DNA from: an uncultured virus (IMG/VR IMGVR_UViG_3300028833_000080)
Taxonomy: Duplodnaviria; Heunggongvirae; Uroviricota; Caudoviricetes
Length of the DNA stretch: 64,000 nt
IMG/VR virus record: IMGVR_UViG_3300028833_000080
Direction: 5' to 3' (one strand)
In this document: positions 8,519 through 18,863 of the stretch, piece by piece
How the letters are laid out: every line of letters starts with the position of its first letter
Numbering within the stretch: position 1 is the first letter of the stretch
Made by a program: the position numbers and the translations under genes
Notes under the pieces: generated by a model
Database searches by the model: none
Told to the model about the DNA's origin: nothing
What the model saw: the letters and a program-made list of their open reading frames with translations, nothing else

Positions 8519-9028
8519 ATGTCTTACAGTATTGAAAGAGTGGAAAAAGAATTTAAGGCGGTTTGTGAAAAAGCAGGCGTAAAAGTTAATGTACCAATAA
8601 TAGGCAATAAAAGACTAAATAAAACATTGGGCAGAGTTATTTCTATATCAAGAGATGGAGTAGTAAAAAATGATAGAGTAGAATTTTCTATGAAATTACT
8701 TTTTACATCAGCAGATGAAACAATAGCAGAAGTAATTAAACATGAGGCTGCCCATTACATTGTGAATGAAAGAACTAAAGAACGTCATGGACATGATGCA
8801 GTTTTTAAGGCGGTTTGCGCTGAAATTGGAACTCTCAATAATAAAGCAACTACTTATGTAAAAAGAACAGTTGATGATTCACAAATTTATAAATACCAAG
8901 TAAAATGTGAAAATTGCGATAAAATTATTGCTCATTATCACAAGAAATGTAAAACTCTTAAGAATCTTTCCTCTTGTTCATGTAGAGCATGCGGCGGGAA
9001 GTCATTAACACTTATTCAAAATTGGTAA
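8519..9028 (+). CDS. SprT-like zinc metalloprotease
   Basis: HEAAH, HGHD..FK and a C-terminal CxxC...CxxC zinc ribbon. Confidence 0.85.
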   Translation: MSYSIERVEKEFKAVCEKAGVKVNVPIIGNKRLNKTLGRVISISRDGVVKNDRVEFSMKLLFTSADETIAEVIKHEAAHYIVNERTKERHGHDAVFKAVCAEIGTLNNKATTYVKRTVDDSQIYKYQVKCENCDKIIAHYHKKCKTLKNLSSCSCRACGGKSLTLIQNW

Positions 9029-9043
9029 AGAAAGGAAAATAAA

Positions 9044-9277
9044 ATGAGATTAAATCAGATTATAAGATTATTTGATATGCTAACAAAAGTAAGAATATTT
9101 ACCTCAGACCAGGAAGAGGACGAGGGACCTATTTATGAAGGTTGTATGATGGATGTTCCTTGGTATCTAGTAGAAAAAGTAGTTGGTAGAAAAGATAAAA
9201 ACGCTGATGAACCCATTTATATTTACAATGATAAAGATAAAAATGATGCGGTAATGGTAATTAATTTACTGGATTAG
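9044..9277 (+). CDS. Hypothetical protein
   Basis: ORF with RBS AAGGA. Confidence 0.6.
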   Translation: MRLNQIIRLFDMLTKVRIFTSDQEEDEGPIYEGCMMDVPWYLVEKVVGRKDKNADEPIYIYNDKDKNDAVMVINLLD

Positions 9278-9397
9278 GGGGAAGGGGTACAAAATATTGT
9301 ATCTCTTCTTATTTTTTATCTACATTTAGTTTCCGCATTTGACATTTTTAAAAAAATATGATATAATATTTATATAAGAAATGAAGGAGAAAAACAA

Positions 9398-10090
9398 ATG
9401 ACATTTTATGAAGCAATTCTTGGAATTGAAATACCTAATGAATTTGGAATTTGGGAAGATGATGATAGTTTAACATCTTCTGCAGAATGTTATGTAGAAA
9501 AAGTTCTTGCTTTAGCTAAGAGTATGAATATTAAAATTTCATATTCATATGGAGTTAGTCAGATTTGCTTTATTTTAGAGAATCAACCTAAAGTTATTAA
9601 AATAGGGTTTGATGGTAGAATGTATTATAATGAATATTATGATGAAAAAACCGATAGCTATATAGATAGCGATCCTGAGTTTGAAGAATATTCTATTAAT
9701 TATACAGAAAAGGCTCAGAATATTTATAATTTGGCGGTATCAAAAGGTGTTGAGGAGTTTTTTGCTAAAACAGAACTTCTTGGAACAACTTTTTGTAATC
9801 AGCCTGTTTGGGCGCAAGAATTTGTTTATCCTTTTGATACTCAGCATACATCAACAACAAAGCCTTCTAAAAAATCATATGATTTAGCAAAAAAAAGTTA
9901 TCTACCATTTAGCATAGAGTGGGTTGCGGCTGCTATTGAAATATATGGAGAAGATAAAATAAAAGCATTATCTGATTTTATTGAAGATAATGATTTAAAT
10001 GATTTTCATTCTGGAAATTATGGCTGGGATTTAGCGGGAAATCCTAAAATTTTTGATTTTTCTGGTTTTAATCCAGACTCGGATTTTTAA
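9398..10090 (+). CDS. Protein-kinase-like fold protein
   Basis: GVSQ glycine-loop-like segment, VIKIG, DFHSGN catalytic loop, DFSG. Confidence 0.65.
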   Translation: MTFYEAILGIEIPNEFGIWEDDDSLTSSAECYVEKVLALAKSMNIKISYSYGVSQICFILENQPKVIKIGFDGRMYYNEYYDEKTDSYIDSDPEFEEYSINYTEKAQNIYNLAVSKGVEEFFAKTELLGTTFCNQPVWAQEFVYPFDTQHTSTTKPSKKSYDLAKKSYLPFSIEWVAAAIEIYGEDKIKALSDFIEDNDLNDFHSGNYGWDLAGNPKIFDFSGFNPDSDF

Positions 10091-10103
10091 AAAAGGAGTT
10101 TTT

Positions 10104-10703
10104 ATGAAAAATAATAAATGGTCAGTAGAATCTTTTAACTCAAAACCTATTCATGTCGTTTTATTTGTATCTAGAAATAAAGATAATAAAGATATAGAAG
10201 GATTTGCGGAACGTAGATTATCTTTTATTACTCATAAAACACCAGATGAATTATTAGCGGACTTTGAATATTTTGTAGAACAAGGAGTTACGGGAGAGCT
10301 TTCAAGAATGTATTATTCCGTAAATTCTCGTAATCCGCAAAAAATTTATCAGGAACTTTTGCACTTTTTAATAGATAATCCTGATTTTAATCTTTGTTCT
10401 ATTAATCCAAAATTAGCGGGAATAGCTGCTAAAAAAGAATGTGCTTTAGAAAAAAAGTGGATGTTTGATTTTGATTCTACAAATAAAGATTTACTATATG
10501 AATTTCTTTATGACTTTGTAAAAGTTACTAAAAATACTGATGTTAAATTAGACCCAGTAAGAGAAACTCCTCATGGTTATGCTATTGTATGTGACCATGG
10601 TTTTGATACAAGAGAATTAATGGAAAAATGGGGTAATATTGTAACTCTTAAGAGAGACGATTTACTCTGTTACACTTGGCAAAAGAAAGAATCAAAGGGA
10701 TAA
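10104..10703 (+). CDS. Conserved phage protein, possibly AEP/prim-pol-like
   Basis: FDFD and TPHGY motifs; SRNKDN N-terminal motif. Confidence 0.4.
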   Translation: MKNNKWSVESFNSKPIHVVLFVSRNKDNKDIEGFAERRLSFITHKTPDELLADFEYFVEQGVTGELSRMYYSVNSRNPQKIYQELLHFLIDNPDFNLCSINPKLAGIAAKKECALEKKWMFDFDSTNKDLLYEFLYDFVKVTKNTDVKLDPVRETPHGYAIVCDHGFDTRELMEKWGNIVTLKRDDLLCYTWQKKESKG

Positions 10704-10951
10704 AAAATCTACCCTTTGATTTTTTTAAAATTTTATGTTATAATATATATAGAAAATAAAGAAAGGAAGAACTTATATGTTTAAAGATACTTTTTATTAC
10801 ATCATTGAAGATAATGTAACAAAAGATAAGAAAATAGAAGTTTCTGACGCCTGGCTTGGTGATATAGGTTCTTCTATTATTTCAAATGGAAGTCCTGCAA
10901 AAATTGTTGATTATACTTGGGAATTTGAAAAAACGAAAGGGGATAACTAGT

Positions 10952-11845
10952 ATGGCGGAAATGATGGTTGCAAAGAAATATCAGAATTCTGAACGTATTG
11001 GTGAGCCCTTTGAAAAAAATGGTAGGCTTTATACTAAAATAAAAACAATATGTCCTAGATGCGGCGGACTTGGTATTATCGCAGCAAGAGTAGAAAATGA
11101 CCATATTGTACCTATTCCTGTAGCTAATGGAATTTGTTTCCAGTGTGAAGGAAATAAGTATATTTATGATGAAGTTAGACTTTATACCGAAAAAGAATAT
11201 AATATGATGGAAAAAGCTAAGGCGACAGCCGCAGAGAAGAGAGAGGCTGCCCGCATTCAAAAAATGAAAGAAGAATGGGAAGATAATAAGCGGGAATGGC
11301 TTAAAACAAATGGCTGGTCTGAAGAAGGTATTACTTATATAATAACAGGTGAGTCTTATTCTATTAAAGATGAACTTAAAGAAAATGGTTTTAAATATGA
11401 TACAGTTTTAGGTTGGCATAAATCATTTAAGGATAGTAGATATGAAGATCGTTTACTTGAAATTAACCTTGATGATGTAGTAGATATTTCCGCATGGGGA
11501 AAGGGTTCATATAAGATTGAAGCAAAAGATTTTATTAAAAATAAACTTGCGGAGACCCAGCCTAAATCCACTTCAGAGTGGATTGGAGAAGTAGGAGAGA
11601 AGATAAAAGATATTAAAGTACAGCTTGTAAAGAAATATTCTTTTGATACAAGATATGGTTTATCAACAGCTTTTACTTTTCAAACAGAAGAAGGAAATGT
11701 ATTAGTTTGGTTTACTTCTACTTTTCCCGCACATGAAGTTGGAGATTGGGTGATAATTGCTATTGCAACAATTAAAAAATTAGATGAATATAAAGAAACA
11801 AAGCAGACTATTATTACTCGCCCTCGTTTTAAAGAAGAAAATTGA
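10952..11845 (+). CDS. Zinc-finger protein with a C-terminal OB-fold-like region
   Basis: CPRCGG...CFQCEG; C-terminus resembles an OB fold. Confidence 0.55.
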   Translation: MAEMMVAKKYQNSERIGEPFEKNGRLYTKIKTICPRCGGLGIIAARVENDHIVPIPVANGICFQCEGNKYIYDEVRLYTEKEYNMMEKAKATAAEKREAARIQKMKEEWEDNKREWLKTNGWSEEGITYIITGESYSIKDELKENGFKYDTVLGWHKSFKDSRYEDRLLEINLDDVVDISAWGKGSYKIEAKDFIKNKLAETQPKSTSEWIGEVGEKIKDIKVQLVKKYSFDTRYGLSTAFTFQTEEGNVLVWFTSTFPAHEVGDWVIIAIATIKKLDEYKETKQTIITRPRFKEEN

Positions 11846-11866
11846 CTTTTAAAAAGAAAGAAAGAG

Positions 11867-12292
11867 GTGTTAATTATGGGATTAGATAATGGCTTAATAA
11901 TTAAAGGAAAAACTATTAAAGGTAAAGAATATTTAAAAAAGAATTTTTCTTATTTAAGAGATGATGATGATGCTACAAATGAATATGAATTAGGATATTG
12001 GAGGAAGTGTTGGAATATCCGTAATAGGGCTATTTCCGCCGAATTGGCAGAAGATGGTACATCTAAACATCTTACATTAGAAGATTTATATGATTTTGTT
12101 GAGAATGTTTTAAAATATTATCTTAATGAAGATAATTGGAATCGTGATAATAGTTCTTCAATTTGGAGTTGGGATGTTGGTCTTAAATCTATTGCAAATT
12201 GTATTTTTAATATAAGACGACTTCTTGAAGATTATGATTATGGAGATATAAGTAACGAAGATTTTGATATTTACTTTTACGATAGTTATTAA
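11867..12292 (+). CDS. Hypothetical phage protein
   Basis: MGLD...YWRK...FYDSY pattern common in phage hypotheticals. Confidence 0.6.
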   Translation: MLIMGLDNGLIIKGKTIKGKEYLKKNFSYLRDDDDATNEYELGYWRKCWNIRNRAISAELAEDGTSKHLTLEDLYDFVENVLKYYLNEDNWNRDNSSSIWSWDVGLKSIANCIFNIRRLLEDYDYGDISNEDFDIYFYDSY

Positions 12293-12379
12293 ACGCAAAA
12301 AGGTGGCTTAATAAAGCCACCTTGATTTTTTTAAAAAATTATGATATAATAAATATATAAAATAAAGGAGTTGATAATA

Positions 12380-12613
12380 ATGAAATTTGATATATCAGAT
12401 GGTTTAAATGGTTTTGAATTAACTGCGTTACAATCTTCAGAAAATGCAGATAAAGTAATTGCTGCATTTAAAAAAAGCTATGTAGGCGGAAATCCAAATC
12501 ATCTTTTACAGAGGATATGTGATAAATTTAATTTTGGCAAAGATAATATTTTACCTCAAGATATTAAACGAATAGAACGTGAAGTTGAAACTTATATAAG
12601 GAGAAATTTCTAA
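12380..12613 (+). CDS. Hypothetical protein
   Basis: Promoter and RBS; coupled to the next gene. Confidence 0.55.
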   Translation: MKFDISDGLNGFELTALQSSENADKVIAAFKKSYVGGNPNHLLQRICDKFNFGKDNILPQDIKRIEREVETYIRRNF

Positions 12614-14436
12614 TGGGAGCATATATTGATTTAATTGAAAAATTAACAGATGCAGATAAAGCGACTATTAATGCCTATGTAGAAGAAACCCAATGTTCAT
12701 TAGATAAATTTATAGGTATAGAACAATGGTTACAGAGCTGGTCTCATTCTAAACAAAAATTATATAAATTATTAGGCAATCAATTTATTAAAAAAATCCC
12801 TTATGTTTATGAAAAAGAAAGAGATATAATTAGGGTGGATTTTTTAAAATTATTAAGAGAAGATGCCTTTAAAGCTAATTATCATAATTTTTATAATAAT
12901 GTTGTAATTCTTCTTTATAATAAAGGAGTTTTTGATGTAGATCAAAAGCAATTTTTTAATCATCTTATGGATGCAGATAACTTTGTAAATGATAAAATTG
13001 CTTATTCTTTAAAATATAAGCCTGAAGGTGCTCAAAAAATGTTGCAGATTTCGGTTGGTACCAAACCTATTCGTGCAATTGGCAAGGTTATTGATTATTT
13101 TAAAGATGTATATGATTTTGATAAAGACGCTTTTGAAGAATTCAAAAAGAAACATTCCTTAGTTTTAAATGATAAAACTGTTTCAGGAATGGTAAATATT
13201 TCTATTCATCCTCTTGATTTTATGACTATGAGCGATAATCAGTCTAATTGGAGCTCTTGTATGAATTGGAAAGACCATGGATGTTATCATGTCGGTACAG
13301 TAGAGATGATGAATTCTAATAATGTTGTTTGTTGCTACTTAGACAATCCTAAAAATCCTTTTTATTTTAAAGAGGGACAAGAAGAAGCTCCCTATATTTG
13401 GAATAATAAAAAATGGCGACAGCTTTTCTATGTAACAAAAGACATTATTATGAGCGGAACTGCATATCCTTATGAGAATAAAGAAACTTCTTTGTTTATT
13501 CTTGATGAAATTAAAAAACTTGCAATTGAAAATCTTAATTGGAGTTATGATTTTGGTCCAGAATTATATCAGGATATGAAATATGTTTATAGCAATAGCA
13601 GAATGGAAAATCAGCGGAAATGGATGCGAGCACCATCCCGTACTAAAAATAATATCATATGGGATACAAAAGGTATGTATAATGATATGCTTAATAAGCC
13701 AAATGATCCATACTATTGTTATAGAAACAAAGTAAATAATACTAAAATTTATTCAGTAAGTGGAAAGGCTCCCTGTTTAGTTTGTGGAAAACAGGTGATT
13801 AAATTAAACAATGATGATAGATATGAGTATTATAATGATAGATATAGCTACACAGGACAGGTTATTTGTCATGATTGCATAAAAGAATATTCATGTGATT
13901 TTTGTAATAAAAATTTTATGACAAGTCCTGGGAAAAACAATATAATGACTTTTTATAATTTCCATGGTTATAGGGGGAATGGTACTCATAAACTTAGAAT
14001 TTGTCTAAATTGTATCAAACAAAGTTTAAGAATTTGCCCTTGTTGTGGAAAGAAAAATATATATACAAATGATTGGTCAACTGAATTACTTTATGCTCCA
14101 TTTTTATTTGAAAATAATAACAAAATATTAAATGACATTCAAAGTGGAAGAGAGACTATTGGTTATTTCCATCCTAGTTGGCTTACAAAAGAAGAATGTG
14201 ATAATAAATTAATAGATGCTATGAGAGGAGAGATAGTAAGTCTTTGTAACGAATGTCAAGCAAAAGTTAAAAATAATCCAGAAATGAGTATTAAAGTTAC
14301 AGTGGATAAATTTAATTGGTATTGTAATCCTAAAACATATTATATCATTACTCCGCAGTATCAAGAAAAATTTAGATTTTTTAATGCGGAGGTTCCAAAA
14401 AAGATTACTGAAGATATGGAAATTGAAGACGTTTAA
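12613..14436 (+). CDS. Large hypothetical protein with Cys-rich C-terminus
   Basis: SIHPLDFMTMS..WSSCM motif and multiple CxxC pairs. Confidence 0.6.
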   Translation: MGAYIDLIEKLTDADKATINAYVEETQCSLDKFIGIEQWLQSWSHSKQKLYKLLGNQFIKKIPYVYEKERDIIRVDFLKLLREDAFKANYHNFYNNVVILLYNKGVFDVDQKQFFNHLMDADNFVNDKIAYSLKYKPEGAQKMLQISVGTKPIRAIGKVIDYFKDVYDFDKDAFEEFKKKHSLVLNDKTVSGMVNISIHPLDFMTMSDNQSNWSSCMNWKDHGCYHVGTVEMMNSNNVVCCYLDNPKNPFYFKEGQEEAPYIWNNKKWRQLFYVTKDIIMSGTAYPYENKETSLFILDEIKKLAIENLNWSYDFGPELYQDMKYVYSNSRMENQRKWMRAPSRTKNNIIWDTKGMYNDMLNKPNDPYYCYRNKVNNTKIYSVSGKAPCLVCGKQVIKLNNDDRYEYYNDRYSYTGQVICHDCIKEYSCDFCNKNFMTSPGKNNIMTFYNFHGYRGNGTHKLRICLNCIKQSLRICPCCGKKNIYTNDWSTELLYAPFLFENNNKILNDIQSGRETIGYFHPSWLTKEECDNKLIDAMRGEIVSLCNECQAKVKNNPEMSIKVTVDKFNWYCNPKTYYIITPQYQEKFRFFNAEVPKKITEDMEIEDV

Positions 14437-14457
14437 TTCAGATATAGCACTCTAGCC

Positions 14458-14486
14458 TTGACATTTTTAAAAAATTTTGATATAAT
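14458..14486 (+). promoter_or_regulatory. Representative phage sigma-A promoter
   Basis: TTGACA-TTTTTAAAAAATTTTGA-TATAAT; near-identical copies at 16820, 18501, 18733, 20266, 31375, 48491, 52906 and others. Confidence 0.85.
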
Positions 14487-14548
14487 ATATATATAAGATA
14501 AAGGAAAACATTAACAATTAATTTTAAATTTAAAAGGAGAAAAATTAT

Positions 14549-14962
14549 ATGACAAACACAGTATCTAAAAAGACAGTTCTTCAGGCTCTTGCAACAATGG
14601 AGTTTTCAAATGTAACAGTTGGTGATGTAGAGGTTACCCCTGAAGATATTAAGAACTATATTGATGTAACTATTGCTCAGCTTGAATCTAAGGCTGCAAA
14701 GGCTAAGGAAAAGGCAAATGAGAAGAAGGCGGCTGGCGATGCTCTTCGTGGTCAGATTAAAGAGATTCTTGGTGAGGAGCCCAAGTCTATTGCTGAAATC
14801 GTAGCTGAACTTGATGACCCTGAGGTTACAAATGCCAAGGTTATTGCTAGACTTACTCAGCTTATCAAGAATGAGGAAGTGTTTAAGGGCGACCGCAAGG
14901 TTGATGGTAAGACAATGAAGGTTTATGCAACAGTTCCCATTGCTGAAGCAGATGCTGAGTAA
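14549..14962 (+). CDS. Winged-helix DNA-binding-like protein (paralog of 3514-3852)
   Basis: VTNAKVIARLTQLIKNEEVFK. Confidence 0.6.
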   Translation: MTNTVSKKTVLQALATMEFSNVTVGDVEVTPEDIKNYIDVTIAQLESKAAKAKEKANEKKAAGDALRGQIKEILGEEPKSIAEIVAELDDPEVTNAKVIARLTQLIKNEEVFKGDRKVDGKTMKVYATVPIAEADAE

Positions 14963-15081
14963 TATCAAAGTAGAATTATGACAAATAAAAGAGCGGACTT
15001 ATGTCTGCTCTTTTTTGACTTTTATAAAAATTTTTGTTATAATATAATAAAGGATAATAAAAAGTTATAGGAGTTGATAAT

Positions 15082-15957
15082 ATGCAATACGCAGTTACAT
15101 ATACCAAAGATTTTCGTCATTATGATGAAATTGATGAGGTTCTTTTAAATGAATATTCTGGATCTGATTACTTAATAGAATTTATAACATCTTTTGCGGA
15201 AGGTGGGAATTTAACTTTTATTATTGATTTAACAAAAGTAGAAGATATAGAAGAAGTTCTTCCTTATCTTAATAAATTAATTAAAGATGGATATTCAATT
15301 AAAGTTAAAATTGATATTGGACATACCGCTATTAAACAAATTATTGATGATTTAAAAGAGAATAATATTTCTTTTATGTTTAAGCAGTTTGCTACAACAA
15401 TAGAAGAAGTATATATTCAAGCGGGAATGGGAGCTAGTGATATATACATAGTTCAAGAATTAGGGTTTTATCTTAAAAGATTAAAACGAATAAAAGAAAA
15501 CTTTAATGTTAAGTTTAGAGTTTTTCCAAATATTACTCAAGTGGCGGCAGGTGGAAAAGACCTAATTCCCGCCATGAAAAGATTTTGGATTAGACCTGAA
15601 GATGTAGAATTATATGAAGATTATATAGATGTATTGGAAATATGGGGGACAAAAAGACTTTCAACTATTTATGAAATATATAAACAAGGTCAATGGTTAG
15701 GGAATCTTAATGATATTATTTTAGATTTTGATGAAACTATAATTCCAAATACTGGTTTAAATCCTCATTTTGCAGAAATGAGAATGGATTGTCATAAAAA
15801 GTGTTTATTTAATCAATGTAATCTTTGTTTACAAATGGCGGATTTAGCTACCAATTTTGATAAAGTAGGAATAGAGGTAATCAAGCCTCGTAAAAAACCT
15901 AAAGTTTTAAAAGAAAGAGAAGAGCAGATAAAAGAACAGTTAGGTATTAAAGAATGA
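15082..15957 (+). CDS. Peptidase U32-like protein
   Basis: FWIRPEDVELYEDYIDV and a C-terminal CxxxC..CxxC cluster. Confidence 0.45.
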   Translation: MQYAVTYTKDFRHYDEIDEVLLNEYSGSDYLIEFITSFAEGGNLTFIIDLTKVEDIEEVLPYLNKLIKDGYSIKVKIDIGHTAIKQIIDDLKENNISFMFKQFATTIEEVYIQAGMGASDIYIVQELGFYLKRLKRIKENFNVKFRVFPNITQVAAGGKDLIPAMKRFWIRPEDVELYEDYIDVLEIWGTKRLSTIYEIYKQGQWLGNLNDIILDFDETIIPNTGLNPHFAEMRMDCHKKCLFNQCNLCLQMADLATNFDKVGIEVIKPRKKPKVLKEREEQIKEQLGIKE

Positions 15958-16823
15958 ATTTAGATTTAATTAAAAGATTAACTATTTTAACTAAACCACA
16001 ATTATATAATATTCTTTTAAAGTTTTTACATCAAAAAGGATATAGTAAAATTTGGAATCATGACCAATATTTAATAGCAGAAGGAAATATCCCTATTTGT
16101 CTATTAGCTCATATGGATACAGTATTTGCTAATCCACCTGATATTGATGAATTTATCTATGATCCAGAAAAAACTATTCTATGGAATCCTAAGGGAAGCG
16201 GTTTTGATGATAGAGCGGGAATCTATGCTATTATAGAACTTATTCAAAGAGGATATTATCCGCATGTTATTTTTACAGATTTAGAAGAAAGTGGTGGAAT
16301 TGGCGCAAAAAAGTTAATTGAAGATATGCCAGACTGTCCATTTAAAAAATGTAAGGCTTTAATTCAGATTGATAGAGCTAACGAAAAAGATTGTGTTTTT
16401 TATACCTGTGATAATAAAAAATTCACTTCTTATATTGAAGAATATGGATTTGAATATAACTATGGCACTTTTACTGACATTAGTATAATTGCCCCTGCTT
16501 GGGGGATTGCAGCGGTAAATGTCTCTTGTGGTTATCTAGATGAACATACCTATACAGAAAGATTAATATGCAAGTGGTTAGATAATACAATAGATAGATT
16601 AGAAAAAATTTTAGCTAATAAAAAGATGCCCTATTTTAAATATAAAAGAGCAGAAAGATATCGTTTTAATAATACATATAATTTGTCTAAATGTATCTGT
16701 TGTGATAAGGATATTAATTCTTATAAAGAAGGTCATTTTATATCGGATGGAATGGGTGGATTTATGGCATTATGTCATGAGTGTTATAATCTTTTTCATG
16801 AAGGTGAAGGAAACCCCATTTGA
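15954..16823 (+). CDS. M20/M28-family zinc peptidase with a C-terminal Zn ribbon
   Basis: AHMDTV, GFDDRAG, EESGG, EHT metal ligands. Confidence 0.8.
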   Translation: MNLDLIKRLTILTKPQLYNILLKFLHQKGYSKIWNHDQYLIAEGNIPICLLAHMDTVFANPPDIDEFIYDPEKTILWNPKGSGFDDRAGIYAIIELIQRGYYPHVIFTDLEESGGIGAKKLIEDMPDCPFKKCKALIQIDRANEKDCVFYTCDNKKFTSYIEEYGFEYNYGTFTDISIIAPAWGIAAVNVSCGYLDEHTYTERLICKWLDNTIDRLEKILANKKMPYFKYKRAERYRFNNTYNLSKCICCDKDINSYKEGHFISDGMGGFMALCHECYNLFHEGEGNPI

Positions 16824-16880
16824 CATTTTTAAAAATTTATGATATAATATATGTATAAAGTAAAGGAAAGGAAAAAATAA

Positions 16881-17159
16881 ATGGCGAAAGGAACTCGGTC
16901 TAAAGAGCTTATAACTAAAGCAATCTTGCAAGTATTTCCAAATTCATTTATGGATACTGATGGAAAAACAATACGTATTCCTACCACTTGTGAGGGAGAA
17001 CCGATTGAAATAAAAATTGCCCTTACTGCGGCTAAAGATTTAATGGGCGGACAGACGAGCTTTGTAGCATCGTCAAGTCAAGCAATCCCGCAGAATACAG
17101 AGATGACTGATGAAGAAGTTGCGGAAGTACGTAGATTAATTGAGGAATTGCATTTATAA
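16881..17159 (+). CDS. Hypothetical protein
   Basis: Promoter and RBS. Confidence 0.6.
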   Translation: MAKGTRSKELITKAILQVFPNSFMDTDGKTIRIPTTCEGEPIEIKIALTAAKDLMGGQTSFVASSSQAIPQNTEMTDEEVAEVRRLIEELHL

Positions 17160-17168
17160 GGAGTAGAC

Positions 17169-17459
17169 ATGGCTAAAGTTTGGAAAGCTGAAGAATGGCA
17201 AGATGCAGCGGGATTCTGGCATTGTAATGATGTAAGTAACATTGGTGGCGGTTCCGCAGAATGGTATATTCCAGCTAGAATTTTAGGTATATCTCCCGCC
17301 GAATTTATTAAATTATTAGTAAATACTTATCATCCTGAAAAAATTTCATATGATAAGGACAAATGCTTTATATTTTATGCTTGGAAAAATCAAAATAATA
17401 TGAGAATTTTCAAAAATTTTATTAATGCCCAAGCAAGAAAAGTTAATTTTCAAATATAA
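17169..17459 (+). CDS. Hypothetical protein
   Basis: RBS AAGGAG. Confidence 0.6.
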   Translation: MAKVWKAEEWQDAAGFWHCNDVSNIGGGSAEWYIPARILGISPAEFIKLLVNTYHPEKISYDKDKCFIFYAWKNQNNMRIFKNFINAQARKVNFQI

Positions 17460-17611
17460 TAAAAACCCTTCCTTAAAATAGGTGTTAGGATAATGCGCTA
17501 ACTTAAATTGTCAACAACGAAAAGTAGAATACTGTGAATTCTCCATATCGTTCGACCAAGACAAGCCTTCTGTATACAGCTTGGCGGGAGGGTAATAATT
17601 CCCGCCTATCA

Positions 17612-17687
17612 TGGGGTGTAGCCCAGTTTGGTTTAAGGCGCTCGCTTTGGGAGCGAGAGATCCAGAGTTCAAATCTCTGCACCCCAA
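17612..17687 (+). tRNA. tRNA-Pro(TGG)
   Basis: TGGGGTG/CACCCCA, CTCGC-TTTGGGA-GCGAG, GTTCAAATC. Confidence 0.92.
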
Positions 17688-17968
17688 TTCAGTAGCAATA
17701 CTGATGCAAAATATTGCTCAAATATAAAATATATTTAATATTTTGTATTTTCACTAGAAAAATGGATGGGTCGATACCTACTTATGACCCAGACAAACCG
17801 TAGGGTGCGGCTTTACGAAGAGCCTAAGAAGCGAAACTAAAAGTTTGGTAAACCTTTTGGTCCAGACATTCGTATAAGAAGGAATAGTTTTTAACTATTC
17901 CTTTTTATTTTACTACTTTACTAACTTATCTCTTGTATAGACCATAAAACGTAGTAAGGAGAGATAAA

Positions 17969-18493
17969 GTGAAAAAATTATTTAAAATTATAAGCACTAC
18001 TATAATATGTGTTAGTGTATTAACCAATTCTATTGTTGCAACAGCAGCAGAAAACCAAATCGTTAAAGCCCCATCTAAAATATTTTTTAATTATTTAAAA
18101 GAAAATTTAATTCCTTATTCTGAGGAGGACTTAAAATATATGAGTAGTATTATATATTGTGAAGCGGGAAATCAATGCAAAGCAGGTCAACAAGCAGTTG
18201 GTATAGTAGTAATGAATAGAGTTGAAAATGAATCTTTTTCTAATTCAGTCAAAGAAGTTTTATATGAAGAAGGGCAATTTGGTCCAGTTATTACAGGTTG
18301 GATTGAAGATATTCTTGTAATGTATGAAAATAATGAATTACCACCTGAATGTATTTCAGCCGCAGCTTATGCTTTGAGAGGAGAAAAAACTGTTTGTTAT
18401 GAAGAAGAAGAGATTAATTTAGACTCTTGCTTATATTTTAATAGTGAATTATTAAATGCTAAAATAAGAATTCAAGATCATTCGTTTAAATAA
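17969..18493 (+). CDS. SleB/CwlJ-like cell wall hydrolase (Hydrolase_2) with signal peptide
   Basis: IYCEAGNQ..AVGIVVMNRV..GQF. Confidence 0.85.
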   Translation: MKKLFKIISTTIICVSVLTNSIVATAAENQIVKAPSKIFFNYLKENLIPYSEEDLKYMSSIIYCEAGNQCKAGQQAVGIVVMNRVENESFSNSVKEVLYEEGQFGPVITGWIEDILVMYENNELPPECISAAAYALRGEKTVCYEEEEINLDSCLYFNSELLNAKIRIQDHSFK

Positions 18494-18559
18494 TTTTCTA
18501 TTGACATTTTTAAAATTTTATGATATAATATTTATATAATAAAGAAAGAGGTATGTATT

Positions 18560-18736
18560 ATGTCTAAGGGGAATCCGCAGAAAAAAGAAGTTTTTCAAGA
18601 CAACTTTATTAAACATTGGTGTTGTTCTGCTGATAATCACCCAGAAGGCTGGGCTTGGTGGAAAAGAAAAGCTAGAAAAGATTTTCGTAGATTAGATAAA
18701 AAACATATAAAGTCTGAGTTAGATAATCTTACTTGA
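18560..18736 (+). CDS. Small basic Trp-rich protein (58 aa), paralog of 1340-1516
   Basis: MSKGNPQKKEVFQDNFIKHWCCSADNHPEGWAWWKRKARKDFRRLDKKHIKSELDNLT. Confidence 0.75.
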   Translation: MSKGNPQKKEVFQDNFIKHWCCSADNHPEGWAWWKRKARKDFRRLDKKHIKSELDNLT

Positions 18737-18863
18737 CATTTTTAAAAAATTTTGTTATAATATATATATAAGATGAAAGCAATAAAAAAACAAAAATAAA
18801 ACAGAGTAGATAAGCAATGATTGTTGAGCCTATTGAAACTACTCGGCTTAGAGTAATCTTATT

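Noticed and set aside
18804..18844. Hammerhead ribozyme (GAAAC present)
   Set aside because: The CUGANGA core and NUH site are missing
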